A DNA stretch of 64,000 nt from a virus. Lineage: Duplodnaviria > Heunggongvirae > Uroviricota > Caudoviricetes. Position numbers and translations under genes: made by a program. How positions within the stretch are numbered: the first letter of the stretch is position 1; every line of letters starts with the position of its first letter. Positions 37,119-47,694 of the stretch are shown piece by piece. The notes under the pieces were generated by a model. The model was not told the origin of the DNA and did not search any database. It was given only the letters and a program-made list of their open reading frames with translations. The stretch is taken from the IMG/VR virus record IMGVR_UViG_2855308460_000004; one strand, written 5' to 3'.

Positions 37119-37913
37119 ATGTTAGAACTAGAAGAATTATTAGAAAAATTAGAGCTTACAACAGATCCAGAGAGATTGGATGAGTATGCTGATTTTTCAA
37201 ATAAAGAGGTAAGACTTACAGTTGCTTTAAATTTAGCAGCATCAAAAGAAACAATGTTCCGAAGGCTGGCCTTAGAAAAAGATGAAGATATTCTGTCTAT
37301 ATGGGAACAACAGTTGAAACATTGGTATAGACATAAAAAGCACCATATCGATGCTAAATTAGGAGATGACACAGTTAGGTTTTATCCCAGGCAGTCATCT
37401 GTTCATGGATTTGATTATAGATGTCCTAAAAGCTGGGATAATTATTACAAAGAATATTTATCATTTGCTATTTTATATCAAAACGAGTTCATGAGAGAAG
37501 AAAATAGAGCTCCTGAAATGGTATTCGAATGCCGTTGTGATGAATGTAGTAGTCTATTAAACCTGAATTGTTATCTGTATTTATGGCTACAGGAAACCCG
37601 TTATAAAGACGAAGCAAGACTGACCTGTGTAACGCTGAGGGATTGTAAGACTGTAAAAGATGACACAACACTAATAACGTTAGGCGATGGAGCCGAATGG
37701 AAAATAAAAAGAGAACGCAAATCATATTTCAGAGATCCAGAAGGAGAAGAAGATGGGAAGGTAGACAGATGGTTCTATACGATTATTCCATACCTTAATT
37801 ATGGAGCTCAGAAAGCTTACATCCTGGAAATGGGAGAAAAAGATTTATTGACACTAAATAATGCTATTGCTGAATATCTGGATGAATGTATTAAAAATTC
37901 GGAATCCATTTAA
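37119..37913 (+). CDS. Hypothetical protein (264 aa)
   Basis: ORF with RBS aaaggagga. Confidence 0.5.
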   Translation: MLELEELLEKLELTTDPERLDEYADFSNKEVRLTVALNLAASKETMFRRLALEKDEDILSIWEQQLKHWYRHKKHHIDAKLGDDTVRFYPRQSSVHGFDYRCPKSWDNYYKEYLSFAILYQNEFMREENRAPEMVFECRCDECSSLLNLNCYLYLWLQETRYKDEARLTCVTLRDCKTVKDDTTLITLGDGAEWKIKRERKSYFRDPEGEEDGKVDRWFYTIIPYLNYGAQKAYILEMGEKDLLTLNNAIAEYLDECIKNSESI

Positions 37914-37927
37914 AGGAAAGGAATGAT

Positions 37928-38371
37928 ATGGAAACACAATATATATTATACCCTATTGCAATTATATGTTTACTTGTTGGATTCATTTTTTTGGGAATAT
38001 CGATTGGTTTATCAAAAGTTATGAAACACAAGAAAAGAGTCTGTAACCAAAAGGTAAATGCCAAAGTGATTAACATGACAAGGAATAGAACAAACACGTT
38101 GGTTAATTACAATCAGAATTCGTCTTGGTATCCTATATATGAATATTGGGTAGACAATCAAAGAATACAAAGGTGCTCACATGTTGGAGGAACTAGGAAG
38201 TCATTTCAGATAGGACAAGAGGTGGAACTTTTTATTAATCCTAATAACCCGAAAGAATTTTATAATCCTATGGACCAGATGCTTATATTAAAGATGACTT
38301 TTATGATTATTGGACTGATTTTATTTAGTTTTAGCATCGGACTAGTAGTTATAGGCGTATTTGTTCTGTAA
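37928..38371 (+). CDS. Membrane protein (147 aa, TM at both ends)
   Basis: ORF with RBS. Confidence 0.45.
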   Translation: METQYILYPIAIICLLVGFIFLGISIGLSKVMKHKKRVCNQKVNAKVINMTRNRTNTLVNYNQNSSWYPIYEYWVDNQRIQRCSHVGGTRKSFQIGQEVELFINPNNPKEFYNPMDQMLILKMTFMIIGLILFSFSIGLVVIGVFVL

Positions 38372-38395
38372 AATCAAGAAAGGACGAGAGAAAAA

Positions 38396-38599
38396 ATGAA
38401 TGAAATAAAAATGGCATACGGAAGAGCCTATGAAAATATTTTAAGTACATGTGCAGGATTGAGAATTGAAGCACCAAAAAATGAGACTGAAATTTCTTAT
38501 AACAATGCATTAGGAGATATTTTTGACTCTATCATCGAAAACGAGGCAGAGTATCTTATGCCAGGAACAGTGTCACAGGGAAAGTGGAGGAGAGATTAA
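38396..38599 (+). CDS. Hypothetical protein (67 aa)
   Basis: ORF. Confidence 0.3.
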   Translation: MNEIKMAYGRAYENILSTCAGLRIEAPKNETEISYNNALGDIFDSIIENEAEYLMPGTVSQGKWRRD

Positions 38600-38600
38600 T

Positions 38601-39122
38601 ATGCCGATAGAAAATAATACTTATTGGGATGGTGCTGGCAAATATCAAAGTTGGGCAGATAAGGTTAGTGAAACAATGCCCACCTATAACAAAACTGACA
38701 ATGAATATATGAATGTATTCATCTCCATATCTAAAATATATTATGAAATATACAATAATGGTGGCGGGAACCTTTATGATGGTGTTTATGACGATGATAT
38801 TGAAAGTATTAATGAATTTTTAAGTAAACAGGACCAAAAAAGACACGAAAGTTTTTCATGGAAACAGGCAATTGACGAACCCGAATATTTAGAATCCAAG
38901 ATGAATGAAATCATCGAACTGCTTATGGATAAGGACTTACATTTTGTGGATCATGGTTTCTGGGTGAATTATGATAAAAGAGAGCTATCATTAGTAGATA
39001 TAAAAGGAGAAAATTGGGTTTATATAACTTATGGTACAGAAGCAAATGCAAATGATGAAATGAGACGAATGAAATCACGTGGATTCATAGACGTTACAAC
39101 TTTACTTAAACAGATAATTTAA
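38601..39122 (+). CDS. Hypothetical protein (173 aa; start at ATG after RBS gtggagga)
   Basis: ORF. Confidence 0.45.
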   Translation: MPIENNTYWDGAGKYQSWADKVSETMPTYNKTDNEYMNVFISISKIYYEIYNNGGGNLYDGVYDDDIESINEFLSKQDQKRHESFSWKQAIDEPEYLESKMNEIIELLMDKDLHFVDHGFWVNYDKRELSLVDIKGENWVYITYGTEANANDEMRRMKSRGFIDVTTLLKQII

Positions 39123-39301
39123 AAGGCCTTATGGCCTTTTTCTTTACCATTCTTAATTGCTGGTCTTGCATCTGTTAATGAAGGAGAAAGCAATGAATTA
39201 GAAATTTCAAAAAAATCCATTATTTCATTCCAAAACACACATAATAACTATGAATAATTGATGAATGGAGACACGAATCTCCACAGAAGGAGGATTTTAT
39301 T

Positions 39302-39484
39302 ATGTGTAACGAATGCTTAGAATTAAGAATTGACGACATGGGTTTTGAAGAACTTGCTGTAGAGCAGGAAATCAACTCTGACTATCTGAATGGCATGAGA
39401 TATCAGCATGGTCCCAATGATGGTGACCCGGATTGGCGATATGAGGAAATACGTTCAGGTATCGGCCATCATTATTTTTGCTAA
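39302..39484 (+). CDS. Small Cys/His protein (60 aa)
   Basis: RBS aaggagga; CNEC…HHYFC. Confidence 0.35.
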   Translation: MCNECLELRIDDMGFEELAVEQEINSDYLNGMRYQHGPNDGDPDWRYEEIRSGIGHHYFC

Positions 39485-39561
39485 GTTACATAAGAAGAAA
39501 CATGATTACAATGGTTTCTTTTTTTTCATACTATTCTTAGAAAGGAAAAGGAGAGAGATAT

Positions 39562-39987
39562 ATGAATGATAAAAAAGAAGATAAGAAAACAATGGAAGTC
39601 CTTATTTATACAAGTTTTGGACTTAATACGGTACCATCTTGTATTAGATCTGCAATAAATGAAAATCCGGCCGGGCCATTACAAGAAAGAACTGAAAGAG
39701 TGATTGATAAAATACGTGAGATGGCATATAAAATAGAGAACTTGGACGGAATGGATGAAACTTCCATGGCTGAAATGATAAAGGAACACAATATCGTTCA
39801 TTGTGAAAAGTTAGATCGCTATTTTTATATACCGTCTGAATTTAATCCATATCATCACATTAAAACGATGTCAATCGTAACAGTGGATATTAGCAAACCA
39901 TGGATTATTTCAGAGTACGATGGAGCAGAGTCAATCCAATATTTTGATATATTAGATGATACCATTAATTTTTACAGAATGAAATAA
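39562..39987 (+). CDS. Hypothetical protein (141 aa); its C-terminal half is paralogous to the C-terminus of the 40073–41134 product
   Basis: Shared motifs KIREMAYKIENL / RIREIAYQVEDI and IVTVDISKPWII / IVMVDASKDWTII. Confidence 0.5.
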   Translation: MNDKKEDKKTMEVLIYTSFGLNTVPSCIRSAINENPAGPLQERTERVIDKIREMAYKIENLDGMDETSMAEMIKEHNIVHCEKLDRYFYIPSEFNPYHHIKTMSIVTVDISKPWIISEYDGAESIQYFDILDDTINFYRMK

Positions 39988-40072
39988 CAATATAATCAGG
40001 ATAAGAAACCAGTTTCCTATTGGTTTCTTTTTTATTACATACTATTTTTATCAAATATTGAAGGAGTAAACC

Positions 40073-41134
40073 ATGGAGAAAATTAAAGCAATCAAATCAA
40101 CCGAAAAATTATGTTGGAAATGTTTACAGGAGAAAGATAATATTCATAAAATAGAATTTGGACCGTTGGGTTATGGTTCTGCATTTGACTGTTGTTCAAC
40201 TAAAATACAGTTGTGTGATGAATGCTATAAAGCCAGCTGCCCAGAGATATGGTCAGATGAATTGGTATATGATGATGAAGAATGTAAGGAATATGACTGG
40301 AGCCACTATAAATATGAAGATGAGATGTTTGAATATTTTGAATCGCTACCGATTGAAGGGAAACAGCTTGTCATGAATGAATACTGGATGGGAGACCATT
40401 TCATGGAACCACAGGATTGGATTGATTATGAATTGGGTATTTTACCACATGAGAAAGCCAAAGAATATGGCCTATATTCCATACAGGAAATAGCAGCGTA
40501 TGAAGAACGGTTTCCTAAATGCAAATGGCCAGCAAATAGAATTTATAGCGATGGAAGCAAAGGCTGCTGGTGTCCCTTTGGTGCATCAGGAAATTATAAT
40601 CAAGAGATTGGTAGTAATATAGCTGAAGAATGTTATGGATGCCCATATTACGAAGAAAGGAATGTTGAAAATATAATTCGTGATATTCCGGATAAGGATT
40701 TTAATGATTATGAAATATTATCAAAGGCATCTATAATGAAAAGTGTTAGGAAAAACATAGAGGTTTTATTGTTTCATGATTTTAATTTGGAGAGTTTACC
40801 TCACGAATTATTAGAGGTTGCTGAACATTCCAACGATCTGCTGAAGATAAGAGGGAAGGATGTTATCAATAGAATTAGAGAAATAGCTTATCAGGTGGAA
40901 GATATTCCTTCAAATAGAAAGAAGATGGAGCTATGTAAACATCACATGATTGTTTATGACAAAAAAAATGACATATATCTATATTCTGCCAAGGAAGAAA
41001 AGAATATAAGAGAGATTAAGATTGTAATGGTTGATGCATCAAAAGATTGGACAATTATAAATGTCGAACAGAAAGAACGGATTCTATACATTAAGCCGAT
41101 TCATCCATCAATTGGTTTCTGTAAATTAATTTAA
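40073..41134 (+). CDS. Hypothetical protein with a Cys-rich N-terminus and a paralog-domain C-terminus (353 aa)
   Basis: ORF with RBS aaggagtaaacc. Confidence 0.5.
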   Translation: MEKIKAIKSTEKLCWKCLQEKDNIHKIEFGPLGYGSAFDCCSTKIQLCDECYKASCPEIWSDELVYDDEECKEYDWSHYKYEDEMFEYFESLPIEGKQLVMNEYWMGDHFMEPQDWIDYELGILPHEKAKEYGLYSIQEIAAYEERFPKCKWPANRIYSDGSKGCWCPFGASGNYNQEIGSNIAEECYGCPYYEERNVENIIRDIPDKDFNDYEILSKASIMKSVRKNIEVLLFHDFNLESLPHELLEVAEHSNDLLKIRGKDVINRIREIAYQVEDIPSNRKKMELCKHHMIVYDKKNDIYLYSAKEEKNIREIKIVMVDASKDWTIINVEQKERILYIKPIHPSIGFCKLI

Positions 41135-41224
41135 AGCCTAGTAATAGGCTTTTTATTTATTAAAAGCCTTATATAAGAAAATCTTACATACTGAATGGTA
41201 GAAAACAGTAGGAGGATATAAATA

Positions 41225-42355
41225 ATGATTCATTTTAAAAACGTCTCCAAATATTTTCATGATAAAGCAGTGATTGATAAAATAAGCATGGAAATTAAAG
41301 ACGGAGAGTTTATTGTTTTACTTGGTGAAAGTGGATGCGGAAAAACGACAACATTAAAAATGATTAATAAACTAATAAGTCCATCAGATGGTGTAATAGA
41401 GATAAATGGAGAAGATATTTCTAAATTGGACACAATAGAATTAAGACGAAAAATGGGATATGTAATTCAGCAAACCGGATTGTTTCCACATATGACAATA
41501 GAGGAAAACATATCGTTGATTGCAAAATTAAATTCAAACAATCATAAAGAAATCTCTAATCATGGAAGACGACTGATGAAAATGGTTAACTTGGACCCGG
41601 AAATATATTTGTCTACCTTTCCATCTGAACTTTCAGGTGGACAGCAGCAGCGAGCAGGTGTAGTCCGTGCATTCATGACAAATCCAGAAATTGTATTAAT
41701 GGATGAACCATTTTCCGCATTGGACCCAATCACAAGGGCCCAGATACAGAATTCACTTTTAGAGATGCAGGAAGAACTGAAACGAACGATTGTTTTTGTG
41801 ACACATGATATGGATGAAGCAATAAAACTTGCGGACCGGATTTGTATCATGGAGGATGGTAGGATTACACAGTTTGATACACCAGAAAACATTTTAAAGT
41901 ATCCAGCAAACGATTTTGTAAAGAATTTTGTCGGTCCGAACCGGATATGGACTTCGCCAAAGTTTATTAGGACTAAGGATATCATGATTTCAGAACCGGT
42001 ATGCTGTCATCCAAGAATGCCAATCTTTAAGTGTGTTGAGACGATGAGTCGTAGGCATGTAGATACGTTGATGGTAACAGATAAGAACAAGCGGTTATAT
42101 GGTGTTTTATATGCAGATTCATTAATCGGATACAATGGAGAAAATAAGAAGGCAGAGGATTTAATGGATACAAATATAACATCCGTATCGCCGGACAGCT
42201 GTATTGTTGATTTACTTACAAAATTTGATGAAAAACATATATCGACACTTCCAGTTGTAAATGTAAATGGCATGCTAGAAGGTTTAATAACAAGGAGTAC
42301 ATTAGTAAACACCCTAAGCCGGCAATTTATCACAGAGAACAAGGAGGAAAATTGA
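41225..42355 (+). CDS. opuCA: Glycine betaine/carnitine/choline ABC transporter ATP-binding protein (OpuCA/ProV-like) with tandem CBS domains
   Basis: Walker A GESGCGKTT; ABC signature LSGGQQQR; Walker B VLMDEP; C-terminal CBS pair. Confidence 0.85.
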   Translation: MIHFKNVSKYFHDKAVIDKISMEIKDGEFIVLLGESGCGKTTTLKMINKLISPSDGVIEINGEDISKLDTIELRRKMGYVIQQTGLFPHMTIEENISLIAKLNSNNHKEISNHGRRLMKMVNLDPEIYLSTFPSELSGGQQQRAGVVRAFMTNPEIVLMDEPFSALDPITRAQIQNSLLEMQEELKRTIVFVTHDMDEAIKLADRICIMEDGRITQFDTPENILKYPANDFVKNFVGPNRIWTSPKFIRTKDIMISEPVCCHPRMPIFKCVETMSRRHVDTLMVTDKNKRLYGVLYADSLIGYNGENKKAEDLMDTNITSVSPDSCIVDLLTKFDEKHISTLPVVNVNGMLEGLITRSTLVNTLSRQFITENKEEN

Positions 42356-42356
42356 C

Positions 42357-43916
42357 ATGAAAGACTTCCTTCAATATGTTTCCACAGCAAGAGAGGAAAT
42401 ATTATATCTATTCTTTGAACATATACAACTAACTGTAATTGCATTATTTGCAGCCATCCTGATTGGAGTACCACTTGGAATTCTTATTTCTTATGTAAGG
42501 AAAACGAGTAAACCAGTCCTGGCATTTGCAAACTTGGTTCAGGCAATACCAAGCATGGCACTGCTCGGTTTAACGATTCCGGTCTTAGGGATTGGAGTAA
42601 AACCTGCCATATGCCTGGTTGTAATTTATTCACTGCTGCCAATCATAAAGAACACATATGCCGGACTCATGAATATCAATGAACAGACCCTGGAAGCAGC
42701 AGAAGGAATTGGACTTACAAAATGGCAGATTTTGTTTAAGATTCGTTTGCCAATGGCGCTTCCGGTCATTATGACAGGCGTCAGGATATCTGCAGTATCG
42801 GCGGTAGGACTTATGACACTGGCTGCTTTTGTTGGAGGCGGAGGTCTTGGATTTTTAGTGTTTTCTGGAATCAGGACAGTAGATAATTCAAAGATACTGG
42901 CTGGTGCGATTCCAGCATGTATTTTAGCTCTACTTGTAGACCGTGTGTTTGCTGCAATTGAAACTATTGTGACACCTATTAGTCTAATGGAAGGAAAGGA
43001 TAAAAGTAAGAAAATCAAACAGAAAAAACTAGATAGACTAATTGTGATTGCTGCCATGGCAACAATGATAGGATTGATAATGGCTTCATGCTTAAAACCA
43101 AAAGAGGAGAATCAAATTACGATAGCTAGCCAGGACTTTACAGAGAATGAAATTTTAGCTTATATGATGGAAGAAATGATAGAGAATGAAACAGGCTACA
43201 ACGTAGAAGTCATCCCGGACTTGGGAGGAGAATCCGTCTGTTTATCTTCAATCCGGGCAGGAGAAATAGATGGTTATGTTGACTATACAGGGACCCTATA
43301 TGTAAATGTCCTAAAAAAGGAAGCAATATCAGATGTTAACCAAGTTTACGAAGAAACCAGGAGTAGTATGCTGGATCAATACAATCTTGTGGTTCTACCA
43401 TCACTGAATGTTAATAATACATACACAATTTCAACCACAAAAGAAATAGCAGAGGAATATGGATTGGATACAATAAGTGACTTAAAAAAACAAAGCGGAA
43501 AATTAAGGATGGTTTCCACGTTATCATTTTTAAATAGGGAAGATGGTCTAAAAAAGGTTAAGAGTGTCTATGGATTGACTTTTTCTGATGAAATTGGAGT
43601 TGATGGTGCTTCCAGATACACAGCCTTAATGAACGGAGAAGGTGATTTAATTGATGCTTACTCAACTGACGGATTACTGGAAAAATTTGAACTGAAGATC
43701 CTTGAAGATGATAAGGGTGCATTTCCACCTTATTATGCCGTTCCTGTTTTCCGTTCAGAAATCATAGAGAAATATCCAGTGATTTCAAGTGTCACAGAGA
43801 AAATGACAGAACTTCTGTCTACGGAAGAGATGGCAAAATTAAATTACTTGGTAGACGAAGAAGGAATGTCACCCAAAGATGTTGCTCGTGATTTCCTGGA
43901 TGAAAAATCAAAATAA
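42357..43916 (+). CDS. Fused permease plus substrate-binding protein of an OpuC/BusA-type osmoprotectant ABC transporter
   Basis: N-terminal ABC TM permease (EAA-like region) joined to a C-terminal glycine-betaine-binding SBP domain. Confidence 0.75.
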   Translation: MKDFLQYVSTAREEILYLFFEHIQLTVIALFAAILIGVPLGILISYVRKTSKPVLAFANLVQAIPSMALLGLTIPVLGIGVKPAICLVVIYSLLPIIKNTYAGLMNINEQTLEAAEGIGLTKWQILFKIRLPMALPVIMTGVRISAVSAVGLMTLAAFVGGGGLGFLVFSGIRTVDNSKILAGAIPACILALLVDRVFAAIETIVTPISLMEGKDKSKKIKQKKLDRLIVIAAMATMIGLIMASCLKPKEENQITIASQDFTENEILAYMMEEMIENETGYNVEVIPDLGGESVCLSSIRAGEIDGYVDYTGTLYVNVLKKEAISDVNQVYEETRSSMLDQYNLVVLPSLNVNNTYTISTTKEIAEEYGLDTISDLKKQSGKLRMVSTLSFLNREDGLKKVKSVYGLTFSDEIGVDGASRYTALMNGEGDLIDAYSTDGLLEKFELKILEDDKGAFPPYYAVPVFRSEIIEKYPVISSVTEKMTELLSTEEMAKLNYLVDEEGMSPKDVARDFLDEKSK

Positions 43917-43968
43917 AAGCACAGATGTGCTTTTATTTTTTTCATAATAAAAACATACTTTTTAGGTA

Positions 43969-44433
43969 ATGGATATATGGAGATTAATTGATGTGGAGGA
44001 ACAAAATATGATGAATATGACCGATTTTGCAAAAGAAGTGGATGGAAACATGAAGTTTGTTGCATTTCTGATTCAACTTGCTAATGTGCCCAACATAAGT
44101 GGGAAAATCCGGGTTTTTGATGAATCCGGAACGGACCTTGAAATTAAGGTGGTGGATGCAGCTTTCAGTCGAAAAAAAAGAAAAGGGCTGGATATAGATA
44201 AAGCTTATTTCTTATTGCAAGGTTGTAGTAGTGATGATATGTCATTTAAATTTGGCAGTCGAGCGATTACCATAAAAGGACTTCTTGATATATATTTTGA
44301 AGGAATAGATGAAAACAATGTCTTCCAGTCTCCGGTCTTAGTAAATAAAAGTACAGGAGCCTATTATAAAGTAATTGGCATGGGACAGGATGTATATCAT
44401 AATGTCGTTTTCTGGGTTAAAGCAGTAAAATAA
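43969..44433 (+). CDS. Hypothetical protein (154 aa)
   Basis: ORF. Confidence 0.45.
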   Translation: MDIWRLIDVEEQNMMNMTDFAKEVDGNMKFVAFLIQLANVPNISGKIRVFDESGTDLEIKVVDAAFSRKKRKGLDIDKAYFLLQGCSSDDMSFKFGSRAITIKGLLDIYFEGIDENNVFQSPVLVNKSTGAYYKVIGMGQDVYHNVVFWVKAVK

Positions 44434-44498
44434 GAAATTTAAGGGTCTGGAGAGAGGCCCAATCAAAATAGCTACATAGAATTAAGGAGGATAATAAA

Positions 44499-44897
44499 AT
44501 GAGAAAGACAGTAGAAGAGATGTGCCGAAAATATAATGAAGAATATGAAAGACGAACCAAACCAAGAAAAATGGTTCCAATCTTTTCAAGAAGCTGCCAT
44601 TGTTGTGGCGATGAAATAAAATTTGAGTCTATGTGGGAAATTGCAGTCCCATTGACTGTGCCATTTAGTGATAGATCGTCATATTACTATGGTTGTACTA
44701 AATGTTTTCCAGAGTCAGAAGATTTTTATAATCAATTAGTGAATGAGGGATATATCAATCAGTCAGCCTGGGTTTTTAGAGAAAAACCTGAGAATGTTAG
44801 TTTAGAAGACTGGGCTGTAATGAGTGGATATTATAAGGAAGAGGAACTTGAAAATATAGCATATAAGAATCTTTTAAGGACGTGGGTTTCTATATAA
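44499..44897 (+). CDS. Hypothetical protein with Cys pairs (132 aa)
   Basis: RBS aaggaggat. Confidence 0.45.
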   Translation: MRKTVEEMCRKYNEEYERRTKPRKMVPIFSRSCHCCGDEIKFESMWEIAVPLTVPFSDRSSYYYGCTKCFPESEDFYNQLVNEGYINQSAWVFREKPENVSLEDWAVMSGYYKEEELENIAYKNLLRTWVSI

Positions 44898-44993
44898 AGG
44901 GACGAAAGAAAAGAAGGCAGTTGCCTTCTTTTTTAAATAAACAATCCAGTCCATTACAAAATAAGACATACTATTGGTACAGGGAATGGAAAG

Positions 44994-46007
44994 ATGAAAG
45001 AGAGGACTTTTAAAATGATAAAAATTGATGGAAATAAGGTTAAAATTGGAGACAACATTTACCTGCCTGAAGCCTGGCATGAAAATATATTGGCCAAAAC
45101 AGAAAAAAAAGATATTCCATATCAGTACACCATTAAGGAAGAAAAGAAGCTAGACCAAAAAGTTTTTATATGTGAAGGGATAAAAAACAAAAAATCATAT
45201 AATATCGCATTAACCGAAAATGTCATCAAATATTTACTTGGTTCAGAAGTACCGGACTCAAACATTGGGTTTTCTTTTAAAGAATATCTTCCGGTTGAAG
45301 GGACCGATATCTTGATTACCAGTAATAAAAATCCTAGTGATGTTGTCCCGGCAAAAATAAATTTATACTGTGAATATGTTGAAATTGAGGATAAGAAATA
45401 TGTATTATTTGATTTCCGTGCGGACTACTTGAATGGAAAAGGCTTTACATCGATTAATTATTATACTGGTTACTCAAGAGGTATTTGGAAATTCCTATTC
45501 CATACAGATATTTCTTACATGACAGATTATGAAAAGATGTTCCAGGATACCTACGTCCATAAAGAATACATTAAAAAGGCGTGCAGAAAGCTTGCTGATT
45601 ATATGTTTTCAAAAGGAATGGATATACATGCCAAGAAACTGTTAGAGAGAGCCGAAACACATGACAATTCTAAGGTAATGTGTGAAGATGAGTTGTATGC
45701 TCTTTCCACCATTATTAATGACAAATCATGTTTAAAGGATGCGAATAAAGCACTATCGCAGTTAAAACAGGATGCCATAAAGCTTCATTGGAAGCACAAC
45801 AGTCATCATCCAGAGCATTTTAAAAATTATGCAGATATGGAAAGACTTGATGTTATGGAAATGGTATGCGACTGGTATGCAAGAGCTCTACAGTATGGGA
45901 CTGACTTAATGGAATTTGCAAAAATAAGACAAGAAGATAGGTTCCATTTTCCACAATACATGTTTGATGAGATTATGTTTTACTGTGAGATATTAGTGAG
46001 GGATTAA
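44994..46007 (+). CDS. Hypothetical protein (337 aa)
   Basis: ORF. Confidence 0.5.
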   Translation: MKERTFKMIKIDGNKVKIGDNIYLPEAWHENILAKTEKKDIPYQYTIKEEKKLDQKVFICEGIKNKKSYNIALTENVIKYLLGSEVPDSNIGFSFKEYLPVEGTDILITSNKNPSDVVPAKINLYCEYVEIEDKKYVLFDFRADYLNGKGFTSINYYTGYSRGIWKFLFHTDISYMTDYEKMFQDTYVHKEYIKKACRKLADYMFSKGMDIHAKKLLERAETHDNSKVMCEDELYALSTIINDKSCLKDANKALSQLKQDAIKLHWKHNSHHPEHFKNYADMERLDVMEMVCDWYARALQYGTDLMEFAKIRQEDRFHFPQYMFDEIMFYCEILVRD

Positions 46008-46009
46008 TT

Positions 46010-46231
46010 ATGATGGATTTATTATTGCTGATAGCAATTGTATCAAGTATATTTCTTTGTTTTAAAAGTAAAATGACAGTAGATACAAGATGCTTTGTGA
46101 AAAGAACAGCATATATAAGCTGGCTGTTGTATCTTCTTCCAATCATTTTACATATATCATACAAATTGTTGATAATTTGTATTTTAATCATATTCATATA
46201 CTTAATTGCAAGGTTATTAAATCATAAATAA
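46010..46231 (+). CDS. Small membrane protein (73 aa)
   Basis: ATG overlaps the upstream stop; two TM segments. Confidence 0.4.
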   Translation: MMDLLLLIAIVSSIFLCFKSKMTVDTRCFVKRTAYISWLLYLLPIILHISYKLLIICILIIFIYLIARLLNHK

Positions 46232-46253
46232 AAAAGAGGCATAAGCCTCTTTT

Positions 46254-46721
46254 TTATTCAAATGCAATGCCATCATAATAAATTGTTGCAGGAGCACCAC
46301 CCATCTCATAGAGCGGCTCGCAATAATAAGTAGTATAACCGCTTGTAAAGATATGCATATTGTATATGCGGCATTCTTTAGAATCACCCGAGATTCCAGA
46401 AACACCACGGCTGTCAACTACACGCCCTACCCATTCCGTATTGCTAATCCATTCACCACTCCCAAAGTGTGAATACCCATTAGGTAATTCTACGTCTTCA
46501 ACGACAGTCGCTTCACAAGCAACTACACTTGTTTGTCCTGTGGCAGCAATAATGCAGAAGATAATGAATAATCCAAACGAAATGGAAGCCATTGTTATGT
46601 AAAAGCTTTTGATTTCTTTTGCAACAGCCTTTACTGCTAATCCGATTTTCTTTAATAAATTACCTATGTTTACCTTCATCATAAAATCCTCCATCCATCT
46701 TAATATACTTATATTATGCAT
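46254..46721 (-). CDS. Hypothetical membrane-anchored protein (155 aa)
   Basis: ORF with one TM segment. Confidence 0.45.
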   Translation of the reverse strand: MHNISILRWMEDFMMKVNIGNLLKKIGLAVKAVAKEIKSFYITMASISFGLFIIFCIIAATGQTSVVACEATVVEDVELPNGYSHFGSGEWISNTEWVGRVVDSRGVSGISGDSKECRIYNMHIFTSGYTTYYCEPLYEMGGAPATIYYDGIAFE

Positions 46722-47086
46722 TTCGGTTTACAAACATAGTTTTTATTTTATAATAGATATATCGAATGGAGGAGGATGGTTATGATTAAAAAAATAGCAA
46801 CTGGATGTTTTTGCGACAAGGAATGTACATGCGAGTGTGGTAATAAACACGAATTATATGGAGGCATGGGTTACGATACGATTGCCTGTGATTCGTACAC
46901 TCCAGGTATAGGTGATGGTGGTACCGGATTTTATTTTCATTCGGTGAAATGTCGTAAATGTGGTTTCATATCTAATTTAAAAGTAATTGGGTAACAACTT
47001 TCAAATAAGAGAGGATTTATAACATCTTCCGTATCTGCCTGTAACGCAGCAATCGTCCTTAAATGACAACAATATATATAGATACT

Positions 47087-47587
47087 TTACTGATTCAATA
47101 ATCGGACAGAACAATAAGTATTATATCTGGATTGATTGCAGTTAGCATGACCATTCACAAATACATCAATGCGATTACCCTTGATGCGGCCGCCAACATC
47201 TTCAGCCCGGAACTGATGCCAACCTTCACCGGGTATATCAATTTCTACGATACTCCCTAAAGGAATGATTCTTCGATCTACTGCTATTGTACGTCCTTCA
47301 ACATAATCAGTACCTAAAGCTGTAGGTTGTCCGGTATAAGGACGATTACAGGTATTGCATTCACAATAAGCAGTTAATTTAAACATGCCAAGGTCTACAT
47401 ACGTGTTAGGATTGGCTTGAGTTATTTCATCATTTACACTGGGAATGGATTCTATATATTGAATTTCTTCTTCCGTCAATTGGTTAACTTCAATGATTTC
47501 TGTTCCATCTTCAATAGGAGAAGCTGCATAAGAAGGAATAGAAGAAAGACATAACATCGTTAAGAGTGGTAAAAATAATTTTTTCAT
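47087..47587 (-). CDS. Secreted 3D-domain protein (MltA-like / YuiC / YocH family; possible cell-wall hydrolase)
   Basis: Signal peptide; RTIAVDRRIIPLGS…AEDVGGRIKGNRIDVF 3D motif. Confidence 0.65.
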   Translation of the reverse strand: MKKLFLPLLTMLCLSSIPSYAASPIEDGTEIIEVNQLTEEEIQYIESIPSVNDEITQANPNTYVDLGMFKLTAYCECNTCNRPYTGQPTALGTDYVEGRTIAVDRRIIPLGSIVEIDIPGEGWHQFRAEDVGGRIKGNRIDVFVNGHANCNQSRYNTYCSVRLLNQ

Positions 47588-47694
47588 AAATAATCTCCTT
47601 TTTGTTTTTCCTGTTTTAGTATGATAGAAATAAAAAAGGATAATAAATCTCGCATTATATCTATATCAAAATACGAAAGGATATAGATATAAGC

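Noticed and set aside
41560-43057. Minus ORFs inside opuCA and the permease-SBP gene
   Set aside because: Antisense to well-supported transporter genes.
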